The position numbers and the translations under genes were made by a program. 64,000 bases of DNA, from contig CAXXFK010000030.1 of assembly GCA_963663965.2 (NCBI GenBank), positions 32,001 to 96,000 of the forward strand, read 5' to 3'. Shown here piece by piece: positions 28,261-37,753 of the stretch. This DNA comes from Sedimentisphaerales bacterium. Lineage in GTDB: Bacteria > Planctomycetota > Phycisphaerae > Sedimentisphaerales > SM23-30. Numbering within the stretch: position 1 is the first letter of the stretch; the number at the start of each line of letters is the position of its first letter. The notes under the pieces were generated by a model. The model ran no database searches. It worked only from the letters and a program-made list of their open reading frames with translations, and was not told where the DNA came from.

Positions 28261-30174
28261 TTATGGCAAAGGTGCGGACCATTCCAGTACCGATTTTGCG
28301 GGGATGACGGGCGTCTGGGTGACGCCGGGCGGGGTCATCAGGATTGGCAACCGAATGGATTGGTTGGGCTCGAGCCGGACTTCAAAGCCGATCATGATGG
28401 TGTTGGGATTGGGTTCGTCATAATCTGCTTTCGGCTCGGTGGAATAGGTCGTCAACCTGGCCGGGAGGTCGCCCAGCAATTGAAATGCCATGGTTTTGCC
28501 ATTTAGTTTTAAATCGGCGTTGAGATCGTCTTTGATAGCCACCTGGGCCGGGGTGGCCATGGCCCAGCGGATGGAGGCGGGTTTATCGAGAGCGGTTATT
28601 TCATCCTGAATCAGAATCTGGCCGGTAGGCAGTAAGGCGGCTCCGCGCAGGGCTTTCTCGAGCTGACCGAGATAGACATTGGACATATCCATAACGGCAT
28701 GATTAAAAGGTTTGTCGTTGCTGAAGCGGGTAAACGAGGCTTTGCCGGAGACAATTTGGTGTTGGCCGTTTACCACGAGCGTATTATGTGACAGATTGTT
28801 GTAGCGGAATATTGCCCAGCGTTGCGCATCCTGGCCCATGGCCCAGAGGTTCATGCCGAGGGTTTCGATTTTGTTATAGTCTTCGGGGCCAAGATCCACT
28901 GCCCAGCGCTGGCCGGCGGCGTCCAGCACAAACGAGCCGACGTCCATGTGACCGTGTGAAACCGAAGGTGAACCAGCTTTAATGGCCAGCCAGGTGGCGT
29001 TGTTGTCGGTCCAGTTTGTGCGAAACATGGCCACGGGAGTCTGTCCCCGGCCCATCCAGCCCAGCGATTGAGGGGGTGTCGCTTTATCGCCCGCCCAGAT
29101 CAATGCCAGGGGAGCCGTTCGATCGTTGGCAAATTCACTGGTTTTATTGGGAAAACGGCTTGAGACATAACGGTGCTGCATCCAAGCCATTGTGGGATCG
29201 TTGTAATGATGTGCGAACCAGAAAACCGCCGGAGTAAAACCCACCTTGGAGCCGCTGTCGGGGTAATTGAAGTATTGGCGGAATGGTCCGGTGACATTAT
29301 TCAGGTAGACTGCGGCATGGGAAAAACCCTGTTTGTCAGAGAGGCCGAAATCGGTTCCCAGCGCGGATTCGAGCGCGGCCAGCAGCATAACATTATAAGT
29401 CGTACCATACACCCAGTAGCCAGGGCCTTCGGGATAGGCGCCATCCGGTTCGTAGAGTTCCATAACAGTCTGAACATTATTGACAGCGCGATGTACGATC
29501 TCGCGAGCGAGTTGCCCCTGATCTTCCAGAATGGCCAGGGCGCCCATGGTCATACCACTATGGCAGACCTGGTTCCAGTTGTTACGGCCGCGTACAAACC
29601 AGTTGTAGCGGGCGTCAAAGGAGGGTTTGAGGCCTTTTTCCAGGATGGCATCGGCAATTGATTGGCGGCTGGCCGGATCCAGTTCAGGGTACAGCCAGTC
29701 ATAACCGAGCGCCAGGGCGGCCGTCATTTCGGCGACATCGAGGAAGTGGCTGGGATTCCAATTGGTAAATTCGGCGGCGGCGAGCATTTCCTGTTCGCAT
29801 CGGTTCAGAAAGCGGCGATCATCGGTCATGCGCCAGGCATAGCTGAGCAGCATGGTCCTGCGCAGGCATTCGCGCGAGACCGAGAGTAAGCGCCGGCCGG
29901 TCACAACCCTTTTTAGGGGGGGCTGGTCGATGAGCCGTTCCGCCCCGGCAATCAGCGCGTCGTGGATTCCGGTCAGCATTTGATCGGATTTGATTTTCTG
30001 TTTTAAAGTGGTTAATTGGGGCTCGGTCAGGAACAGGCGGGGGTGATTGGGAATGGGTTTCTCGAAAGCCGCATTAACCGTTTCTTCTGAAATTTTTATG
30101 ATTTTTGCGGTCGTAACGTTGCTGGTTAATGTCAGAGCGAAAATAAGACCGATGAGTGATAATAGAGTTTTCAT
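28261..30174 (-). CDS. Secreted heparinase II/III-family polysaccharide lyase-like protein
   Basis: HPRL, HFLDVAEM, NNWNQVC, DGAYPEGPGYW.YG, HGHMDVGSF and SHNTL. Confidence 0.88.
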   Translation of the reverse strand: MKTLLSLIGLIFALTLTSNVTTAKIIKISEETVNAAFEKPIPNHPRLFLTEPQLTTLKQKIKSDQMLTGIHDALIAGAERLIDQPPLKRVVTGRRLLSVSRECLRRTMLLSYAWRMTDDRRFLNRCEQEMLAAAEFTNWNPSHFLDVAEMTAALALGYDWLYPELDPASRQSIADAILEKGLKPSFDARYNWFVRGRNNWNQVCHSGMTMGALAILEDQGQLAREIVHRAVNNVQTVMELYEPDGAYPEGPGYWVYGTTYNVMLLAALESALGTDFGLSDKQGFSHAAVYLNNVTGPFRQYFNYPDSGSKVGFTPAVFWFAHHYNDPTMAWMQHRYVSSRFPNKTSEFANDRTAPLALIWAGDKATPPQSLGWMGRGQTPVAMFRTNWTDNNATWLAIKAGSPSVSHGHMDVGSFVLDAAGQRWAVDLGPEDYNKIETLGMNLWAMGQDAQRWAIFRYNNLSHNTLVVNGQHQIVSGKASFTRFSNDKPFNHAVMDMSNVYLGQLEKALRGAALLPTGQILIQDEITALDKPASIRWAMATPAQVAIKDDLNADLKLNGKTMAFQLLGDLPARLTTYSTEPKADYDEPNPNTIMIGFEVRLEPNQSIRLPILMTPPGVTQTPVIPAKSVLEWSAPLP

Positions 30175-30339
30175 AGTCAAGATCCTTAATTTACCTTAAA
30201 TGAGCCATGTAATTGAAATAACAACGCTACGGTGTCAATTTTATTGCCAGATAATTCACGGTTGCGGAGGGCGGGGCGGTGAGGTAAGATAGTAACCCGT
30301 AAAGTTCGTATGTGAACATCAATTTGCGCGGAGATTGTT

Positions 30340-30879
30340 ATGGACTTGTTTGAAGCGATACAAAAGCGGCACAGTTATCGGGGCGAATTCCGATTGCAGC
30401 GGATACCCCGTGAGGACTTGCAGAAAATTGTTCAGGCCGGATTGCAGGCGCCATCGGGGAAAAACTGTCAGACGACGGAATTTGTGATTATAGACGATAC
30501 GGATATTATCGCCAAGATCCGGTCGATGCATCCGACCAATAAAGCCATGCAGCAGGCGGCGGCGTATATTGCGTGTATTGTCAACGTTGACGCACCGGAA
30601 ACCTACGAGGGTTTTTCGTTTGAGATTGAAGATTGTGCGGCCGCGGTAGAGAATATGCTGCTGGCAATCACGGCGCTGGGTTATGCCAGCGTGTGGGTGG
30701 ATGGCTGGTTGCGACTGGAAGGCCGGGCCGGAGAAATTGGTAAGGAGATCGGATTACCCGTGGGGAAAATTATCCGGATTATATTGCCGGTGGGCGTGCC
30801 GACTGAGCAGCGCAGTCAGCCGGAGAAGAAGCCGTTTGAGGAGCGGGCCTGGTTTAACCGCTATCGCGATCTGCCTTAA
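30340..30879 (+). CDS. Nitroreductase family protein
   Basis: I.KRHS.R, APSGKN.Q, D...AVENMLLA.TALG.ASVW. Confidence 0.92.
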   Translation: MDLFEAIQKRHSYRGEFRLQRIPREDLQKIVQAGLQAPSGKNCQTTEFVIIDDTDIIAKIRSMHPTNKAMQQAAAYIACIVNVDAPETYEGFSFEIEDCAAAVENMLLAITALGYASVWVDGWLRLEGRAGEIGKEIGLPVGKIIRIILPVGVPTEQRSQPEKKPFEERAWFNRYRDLP

Positions 30880-30886
30880 TGGAAAC

Positions 30887-30926
30887 AAAAAAAACAGGCC
30901 GGCAATAATACCAGCCTGTTCTTTTT
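30887..30926. terminator. Bidirectional terminator
   Basis: A-run, ACAGGCCGG-loop-CCAGCCTGT, T-run between convergent genes. Confidence 0.65.
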
Positions 30927-30929
30927 ATA

Positions 30930-32270
30930 TTATTCTGCGATGCAGTAAAGGGATTTTTTGCCTTTGAGATAGAGTTCGTTGCCCACGATTACAGGCGAGC
31001 AATCGATACGGTCGTCCAGTTGGTTGAGAGCAAGCACTTCAAGTTTGTCTGAATTTTTAATTACGCAGGTGGCGCCGTTGCGTCCAATGAAATAGACGCG
31101 TCCGGCAGCGGCGGCGGGAGAGGCGTACACGCCTTGCAGGCCGTCAAGATTTTGCTTTTGATAGTAGTTCTGGCCGGTTTGGGCGTTATAACAACTGACG
31201 ACATTGTTGTTACTGGTGAGAACATAGAGTTTATCTTGATAGAGCAAAGGGGAAGGAACATAAGGTGTGGCGGTATTGACTTCCCAGGCGATGGCGTCGG
31301 TACCAGTCAGATCACCAGCATGGCCGAGTTTGATCGCTTGCAGTTTACTGCCTCGATATCCGCTGGTGCAGAAGACCATATTGAATCCGGCAACGGGCGT
31401 TGGAATCACATTGTCGGTCTGGCCACCGCATTCCCAGATCACGTTGCCGTTGGCCGGATCGTAGGCACGAGTCAGGTTGGTGCATGCGACAACGATTTGA
31501 GGTTTGCCATTGGCTTCGACAATAAACGGGGTCGTCCAGGAGGTTCGTTCGTCGCGACTTTGACGCCAGATTGGGTCACCGGTGATTTTATTAAAGGCGG
31601 CGATAAAGGAATCGCCTTCATGATCACAAAGAATAATCAATTTGTCATCAACCAGAGTGGCCGAGCCGCCTTCGCCAAATCCGGCGCGGATCGTCATTTG
31701 GGGTAATTCCTTGCTCCATTTAATGTTACCCTCCATATCGAGACAATAGAGACCGCGTGAACCGAAGTTGGCCCAGATCAATTTGCCGTCGGTAACCGGT
31801 GAGTAGGAGACGAAACCATGGTCGTTATGGTGGCCTTCGTGAGGCAGGACTTCGGTGACGGTTTTTTCCCAGACAGGCTGACCGTTGGCACGATTGAGGC
31901 AGACGACATTGAATTGATAAATATTGGTTGGCTTGCCTCCACCCATCCCGCCTCGTCTGCCGGAATTCTGGGAAGGTTGTGGCTGGGCCGTTGCTCCCTG
32001 ATCGGCTTTATCGGTTTTGACCGCTTCAAGAAAGATGATTTTGTTGCCCCAGACAACCGGGGTTGAGTTGGAGCCATCCCCTTTCAGGGCTACCTTCCAT
32101 TTGATATTTTCTGATTCGCTCCATTTAACGGGAGGATTGCCATCGGGCGAAACACCCGACAGTCCTATGCCACGCCAGGTTGGCCAGTTGGCCTGGGCCA
32201 GGACCGACGAGGTGAAAATTGCCAGTATCATTAGTGGCAGGTAAGGGGTGAGTTTGATGCGGACATTCAT
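30930..32270 (-). CDS. Secreted PQQ-binding-like beta-propeller protein (BamB-like, planctomycete-expanded)
   Basis: NWPTWRG, W....NIKWK, repeated SP/TP plus G...W blades, and PYVPSP. Confidence 0.9.
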   Translation of the reverse strand: MNVRIKLTPYLPLMILAIFTSSVLAQANWPTWRGIGLSGVSPDGNPPVKWSESENIKWKVALKGDGSNSTPVVWGNKIIFLEAVKTDKADQGATAQPQPSQNSGRRGGMGGGKPTNIYQFNVVCLNRANGQPVWEKTVTEVLPHEGHHNDHGFVSYSPVTDGKLIWANFGSRGLYCLDMEGNIKWSKELPQMTIRAGFGEGGSATLVDDKLIILCDHEGDSFIAAFNKITGDPIWRQSRDERTSWTTPFIVEANGKPQIVVACTNLTRAYDPANGNVIWECGGQTDNVIPTPVAGFNMVFCTSGYRGSKLQAIKLGHAGDLTGTDAIAWEVNTATPYVPSPLLYQDKLYVLTSNNNVVSCYNAQTGQNYYQKQNLDGLQGVYASPAAAAGRVYFIGRNGATCVIKNSDKLEVLALNQLDDRIDCSPVIVGNELYLKGKKSLYCIAE

Positions 32271-32774
32271 AGAAGCTCCTGAAGTATGTGTATGTGGCCA
32301 GACCTTTGCTGTCTCGGCCGGGGTTTAACTCTCATAATTATAACGGCCGATAACAGAAATGCCTGCGTTAAAATCCTCGGCAAACAGGGCAGCCCAGCAA
32401 GAGGGTTCAATTCTCCAGCTGTGGCCAAATATCAATCATGGGTACCGGGTATCTTTATGTATCTATTAAATAAGGGATTATGGTTATTTTGATCTGTGTC
32501 AACCCAATAATAAACACTGTGTATAGTAAAAGGTTGGGTTTGATGAAAGGGTGAAATTTTTAGAAATTTTGAAGAAAAGTGATAATGTTTTGATTTTAGC
32601 GGTTATGAGGAAATATAATCTAGGATAAATGATCGCAGGAATATCATAAGGTCAATATGATGATTAATCCCGCGGTTTTCCTAATTTGATTTATATCATG
32701 TAGAAACATCCCGGGATGCGGGTGTTATTTAATTGATGCACTTTTAATTTAATCAATAGTTATGGAGGCAAAAC

Positions 32775-34454
32775 ATGCGACAGTTGATGGGTGTGTTCAT
32801 TGTGGTGATTATTGCATTGACGGCGGGACTGGGTCTGGGGGCGGAAGCGGCAGCATCCAAGGCGCTTACGGTTAGTGATCCAACCATTCCGGTAGAAGAT
32901 CTGGAGTTATTGCTCAAGCCGTTACGGAAAGAGCAACTGGTCATTGAAGCGGAGGCCTGGTTTCAACTTCTGGAGGATAAGGTTCGTCAGATTGGTTTGA
33001 CAGAGATTGGAGTAAAGAACACGAACCGTGATATTTCCAAGACGAAGGATGAGGCCAAAGATAAGATCGAGCAAATTAAAAAAGAACCGTCCGCGCCTGA
33101 GCAAGGAGCGGAGGCGCCGTCGACAGAACCCAAGGTAGAAGCAGAGCTTCAGAAAAGTGTCGAAGCGCTGAAGACGAAATCGGAAGAAGTTGACCAGAAA
33201 GTTCGCGAAGTCACACAGGCAGTCGTTGAGAATGCGGCGAATGGCAAAGATCAGGAATTGCGCGCATCGGATAAAGAGGTGATGCAGAGCGCCGAAGAGG
33301 TGGAGGCGGTCAAAGCCAAACTGGACGAAGCTGCCGAGCAGTTGGAGCAGGCGGATGTCAAGCTGGAGGACAAGGTCAAGCAAATTGCAGATGTGCAGGT
33401 TGAGTTACATACCAAGATGAAAGAGCATCTGCTGGCCAGTCTGAACAAATTACGGGAAGAGCAGACGTCCCTGGTGGATCGATGTAATACGGTTATCCAG
33501 GCCTTGAAGAGCAAGGGCGGCGACATCGGAGAGTACGAAAAGTATATCGCCGCGGTCACCGGTATTAAAGTGGACGTGAAGGATGTGAGCGCGACGAAGT
33601 CGCTGGTGGTTGGCTGGCTGAAATCCCCGGAGGGCGGCATTCGTTGGGGCTGGAATATTGTTTCGTTTATTTTGATTATCATTGCGTTCAGGATTCTTTC
33701 GGTATTTCTGGGCGGCATGACGCGTCACGCGATGAAGATTCATAAAGGCAGTTCCGGACTGCTGAAGGAGTTTTTTGGCAATACCGTATCCAAGGTGACG
33801 ATGATCATTGGCTTTGTAGTGGCGATGTCGATGCTGGGCATCAATATCGGGCCGCTGGTGGCCGGTATTGGGGCGATTGGTTTTATTATTGGTTTTGCTT
33901 TGCAAGGCACCCTGAACAATTTTGCGGCGGGGATTATGATTTTAATGCACCGTCCGTATGATGTGGGCGATGTAGTAACCGCCGGCGGCGTAACGGGTAA
34001 AGTGGTATCGATGAATTTGAATACCACCACGATAACAACCTTTGATAATCAGATCGTGGTCGTACCCAATGGATCGATCTGGGGCGGCGTGATTACGAAT
34101 ATCACCGGCAGCAGTACCCGTCGAGTAGATATGAAGTTCGGCATCAGTTACAGTGACGATCTGGACAAGACCCAGGCGGTTCTGGAACAGATAGTCAAAT
34201 CGCATCCTCTGGTGCTGGCCGATCCCGAGCCGGTGATCCGTATGCATGAACTGGGTGATTCGTCGGTGAATTTCATCTGCCGACCGTGGAGCAAGACCGC
34301 GGATTACTGGACCGTTTACTGGGATATCACCAAAGCAGTAAAAGAACAGTTCGATCAGCAGGACATCTCGATTCCGTTTCCGCAGCGCGATGTTCATATT
34401 TATCATACTGGAACGGATGTTTCAGGCAAGGCGGCCCATGCCGGCCAGGACTGA
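32775..34454 (+). CDS. MscS-family mechanosensitive channel with a long N-terminal coiled coil
   Basis: IGFALQGTL.NFAAG, RPYDVGD, VPN, RRVD, LGDSSVNF and IPFPQRDV. Confidence 0.92.
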   Translation: MRQLMGVFIVVIIALTAGLGLGAEAAASKALTVSDPTIPVEDLELLLKPLRKEQLVIEAEAWFQLLEDKVRQIGLTEIGVKNTNRDISKTKDEAKDKIEQIKKEPSAPEQGAEAPSTEPKVEAELQKSVEALKTKSEEVDQKVREVTQAVVENAANGKDQELRASDKEVMQSAEEVEAVKAKLDEAAEQLEQADVKLEDKVKQIADVQVELHTKMKEHLLASLNKLREEQTSLVDRCNTVIQALKSKGGDIGEYEKYIAAVTGIKVDVKDVSATKSLVVGWLKSPEGGIRWGWNIVSFILIIIAFRILSVFLGGMTRHAMKIHKGSSGLLKEFFGNTVSKVTMIIGFVVAMSMLGINIGPLVAGIGAIGFIIGFALQGTLNNFAAGIMILMHRPYDVGDVVTAGGVTGKVVSMNLNTTTITTFDNQIVVVPNGSIWGGVITNITGSSTRRVDMKFGISYSDDLDKTQAVLEQIVKSHPLVLADPEPVIRMHELGDSSVNFICRPWSKTADYWTVYWDITKAVKEQFDQQDISIPFPQRDVHIYHTGTDVSGKAAHAGQD

Positions 34455-34523
34455 AGATCCGGTGTGATAAGGGGCGGTCTTTGTTTAAGGGCCGATAATT
34501 AATGAAATAGTTAAAGCCAACAC

Positions 34524-34554
34524 GGGCACCTTAAAATCTGTTTTTGAGGTGCCC
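34524..34554. terminator. Strong hairpin downstream of mscS (terminator or collapsed MITE ends)
   Basis: GGGCACCTTAAAA-N5-TTTTGAGGTGCCC. Confidence 0.45.
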
Positions 34555-35146
34555 ATAATATTTAATACGAGGTTTAACCCTGGCGGATTTTAAAACGCGG
34601 GCAAAAGGATATTTGAGCGATAACTTGTTTTAAAGGCCATAGTAATAAGCCGGCCACAACGTTGAATCCAATAAAGAGAGAGAGTGAATTATTATTTATC
34701 TTATGGCAAGTCATGGTCAAGTCGAAACAAGTTACGTGCCACCGGATTTTCCGTGATGCGGTGTTGCCCGGGGATACGGGCATTGTATCCATTCACGGGA
34801 AACTCCTTTGTTGGAGATAAGATCTAAAACCGGCACATTAAAAATCTGGTGGATTGAGCCGTGTGATTTGAGCCAAGAGAGAGAAGAGATGAAAAGTGAA
34901 TCTGGAATAAGCGGGACCGGGAGAGAACGATGGCGGGCGGGTATTCATCGTTGCCGTTTGAGTTATGCGAGCAGACCGATCATTCTCGGGAACGGGTCCG
35001 GAATTCCAGCACGAATCAACAGGGTGACGTTAAACGATTTGAAATTCGGGGAGATGGTTTAGTACATTGAGGCTTACGGTGTTGATGGTTTCTGCGACCG
35101 GTGATCGCCGGATTACGGCAATCAATCAGGCCAGAAAGAGGTAACA

Positions 35147-35659
35147 ATGGCACAGAGAACGATATTTGCAAGCATTTCAGAGCGTGCCAGTATGGATGGA
35201 CAATATTTAACCTTTGCACTGGGCCGGGAAGAGTATGGCCTGGAGATCATGAAAGTTCGAGAGATTATCGGGTACATGGAGATTACCCAGATCCCCCAGG
35301 CGAGAGATTATGTTCGAGGGGTGATCAATCTGCGGGGCCAGGTCATTGGGGTGATTGATTTGCGAACCCGATTCGGCATGGCGGCAATCGATCCAACGGA
35401 ACAGACCTGTATTATTGTTGTTGAAATTCAATTCGGCGCGGGATGTCTGAGTATCGGGATTATCGTTGACCGGGTATTGGAAGTTCTGGATATTGGCGCG
35501 GATCAGATAGAGCCGGCGCCAGCGCTGGGCAAACACGGCGAGACCGATTTCATTCTGGGTATGGGCAAACTGGGCGACCGGGTGAAGCTATTGCTGGATA
35601 TTGACAAGGTGCTCACCGAGGGTGAGTTGACAGAAATTGCAGAACAGAAACAGGAGTAA
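35147..35659 (+). CDS. cheW: Chemotaxis coupling protein CheW
   Basis: YLTF.L..EEYG.....VREI, GVINLRG, IDLR, GIIVD.V.EV. Confidence 0.95.
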   Translation: MAQRTIFASISERASMDGQYLTFALGREEYGLEIMKVREIIGYMEITQIPQARDYVRGVINLRGQVIGVIDLRTRFGMAAIDPTEQTCIIVVEIQFGAGCLSIGIIVDRVLEVLDIGADQIEPAPALGKHGETDFILGMGKLGDRVKLLLDIDKVLTEGELTEIAEQKQE

Positions 35660-35686
35660 TCGATCCAAATCTTGAAAGGGAATGGC

Positions 35687-37693
35687 ATGTTCAAAAAAAT
35701 GAAACTCAGCGTTAAGTTGATCTCATCCTTTTTGCTGGTATGTGTGATCACAACGATCATCGGCCTGGTAGGGGTATGGGGGTTGCGGGATGTCAGTCGG
35801 GATGTTGTCGAAATTGCTGATGGCAGTCTGCCCGCCATACAGAATCTGGAAATTATTAAGGAGAAACTGGAGCGGCTGAAGGCGTCACAGCGAACCCTGC
35901 TGAATCCCAACCTGACTCAGGATCAACGCCAGGAACAGTATGTCAATATTGACAAGGCCCGTGAAGACTATCAGAAGGCATGGGCGGTTTATGAGGCGTT
36001 GCCCAGAGCTGAGGAGGAAGATCGTCTCTGGCAAGAGTTTGTCACTCATGTCGGGACGTGGAAACAGGAAAATCTGAAATTTATGGACATGTGCCGTCTG
36101 CTGGATGAAAAAGACATTCTCAATCCAGACGCGCTGAAAGAGCGTATCGAGGGTTTTCGAGGAGACCATTATAAGGTAATGGCCGCGATTGGCCAGATGC
36201 TTCAGGACAAGCAAGTCTTTGAGGGGGGAGAAGACCATACGTTATGCAATTACGGTCAATGGGTGTCCACCTTCAGCAGCCGGAATCCGGCATTAACCAG
36301 TTCGATACAAAAAAGCCTGAGTTCGCATGAGGTGTTTCATGAACAGGTTAAGGAGATCAAGGCCCTGATTCGTCAGAATAATCTGGCGGAAGCCCAAAGC
36401 GTGTATCAGGAGATGACCAACGCGGCGAATGAGGTGTTTAATTGTTTTCGGGATATCCGCAATGAAATCTCTCAGGCCCAGGATTTATATCGTCAGATCA
36501 ATCAACAGACCATGGTCGTCTGTCGGGATATTCAAAAACAGGCTTTTGCCAAGCTGGACCGGATTATTGAGATAAGTGATTCGCAAGCGTATGAAGCCGG
36601 AGAATCCTCCAAACAGACGGCCTCGACCAGCACACTCACCATGATCATCTCGCTGGTAGTCGGCGTGGCGACTTCGATCCTGATGGGTGTCTTTCTGGCA
36701 TTGAGTATAACGCGGCCAATCAACGCCATTATCCGGGACATGACGGCAGGTGCGGAGCAGGTTGCCTCTGCTTCGGGGCAGGTGTCATCGGCATCGCAAT
36801 CGCTGGCGGAAGGGTCAACCGAGCAGGCGGCGGGCCTGGAAGAAACGTCCAGCAGCCTGGAAGAGATGGCTTCAATGACGCGACGGAACTCTGATAATGC
36901 CGAGCAGTGTAATACCATGATGCAAGATGAGGCGGCCGTAATCTCTAAAGAGGTCGCCGAAGCCAACCACCAGATGGCCGGGGCCATGGCGCGCTCGGTT
37001 GAATTTGGCCGGCAGACCGGTCATATTATCAAGACGATCGATGAGATCGCTTTTCAGACGAATTTACTGGCCTTGAATGCCGCGGTGGAAGCGGCGCGGG
37101 CCGGTGAAGCCGGCAAGGGATTCGCCGTGGTTGCCGAAGAAGTACGAAATCTGGCGATGCGCGCTGCCAGCGCCGCCAAGGAGACCGGTGACCTGATCGG
37201 ACAATCGAATTCTCAGATCGACCAGGCTTCCAATCTGCACAACAAAGTGCACGGCCTGCTTGAAAAGAATACTGAGATTGGCCAGAAAGTGGCGATTATG
37301 GTCAACGAGATCTACCAATCCAGCCGGGAACAGGCCCAGGGGATCGAGCAGATCAATACCGCGATGAGCCAGATGGACAAGGTGACACAACAGAACGCGG
37401 CCAACGCGGAAGAATCTGCCAGCGCTTCTGAAGAACTGAACGCCCAGGCGGCGCAGATGCACCAGATTGTCGAGGAACTGGCCGCCCTGGTGGGCGGAAA
37501 CCGAGCCGGATCAGGCAACCTGATACGCCCTGAAATCCGAACAAGCGCCGGGGCCGGCAATAAAGCTCGTATGGGACTGAGTGATCAGGCGTATCATCAA
37601 ATTGCCAAGGGGAAGAAACCGATGTCGTCGACAGTTAATCCGGAATCAGTGATTCCGATGGGCAAGGGATCATTTAATGAATTCAATGGATGA
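35687..37693 (+). CDS. Methyl-accepting chemotaxis protein with 4HB and CZB sensor region
   Basis: Two TMs; [37 protein letters not shown] residues H...HTLCNYGQW...HEVFH between the TMs. Confidence 0.93.
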   Translation: MFKKMKLSVKLISSFLLVCVITTIIGLVGVWGLRDVSRDVVEIADGSLPAIQNLEIIKEKLERLKASQRTLLNPNLTQDQRQEQYVNIDKAREDYQKAWAVYEALPRAEEEDRLWQEFVTHVGTWKQENLKFMDMCRLLDEKDILNPDALKERIEGFRGDHYKVMAAIGQMLQDKQVFEGGEDHTLCNYGQWVSTFSSRNPALTSSIQKSLSSHEVFHEQVKEIKALIRQNNLAEAQSVYQEMTNAANEVFNCFRDIRNEISQAQDLYRQINQQTMVVCRDIQKQAFAKLDRIIEISDSQAYEAGESSKQTASTSTLTMIISLVVGVATSILMGVFLALSITRPINAIIRDMTAGAEQVASASGQVSSASQSLAEGSTEQAAGLEETSSSLEEMASMTRRNSDNAEQCNTMMQDEAAVISKEVAEANHQMAGAMARSVEFGRQTGHIIKTIDEIAFQTNLLALNAAVEAARAGEAGKGFAVVAEEVRNLAMRAASAAKETGDLIGQSNSQIDQASNLHNKVHGLLEKNTEIGQKVAIMVNEIYQSSREQAQGIEQINTAMSQMDKVTQQNAANAEESASASEELNAQAAQMHQIVEELAALVGGNRAGSGNLIRPEIRTSAGAGNKARMGLSDQAYHQIAKGKKPMSSTVNPESVIPMGKGSFNEFNG

Positions 37694-37720
37694 TTTCGAT
37701 CGTTGAATGAGGTATCATCG

Positions 37721-37753
37721 AACCGGCGTATTTTTAAAATACGTCGGTTTTTT
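37721..37753 (+). terminator. Intrinsic terminator after the MCP gene
   Basis: AACCGGCGTATTT-loop-AAATACGTCGGTT followed by a T-run. Confidence 0.75.
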
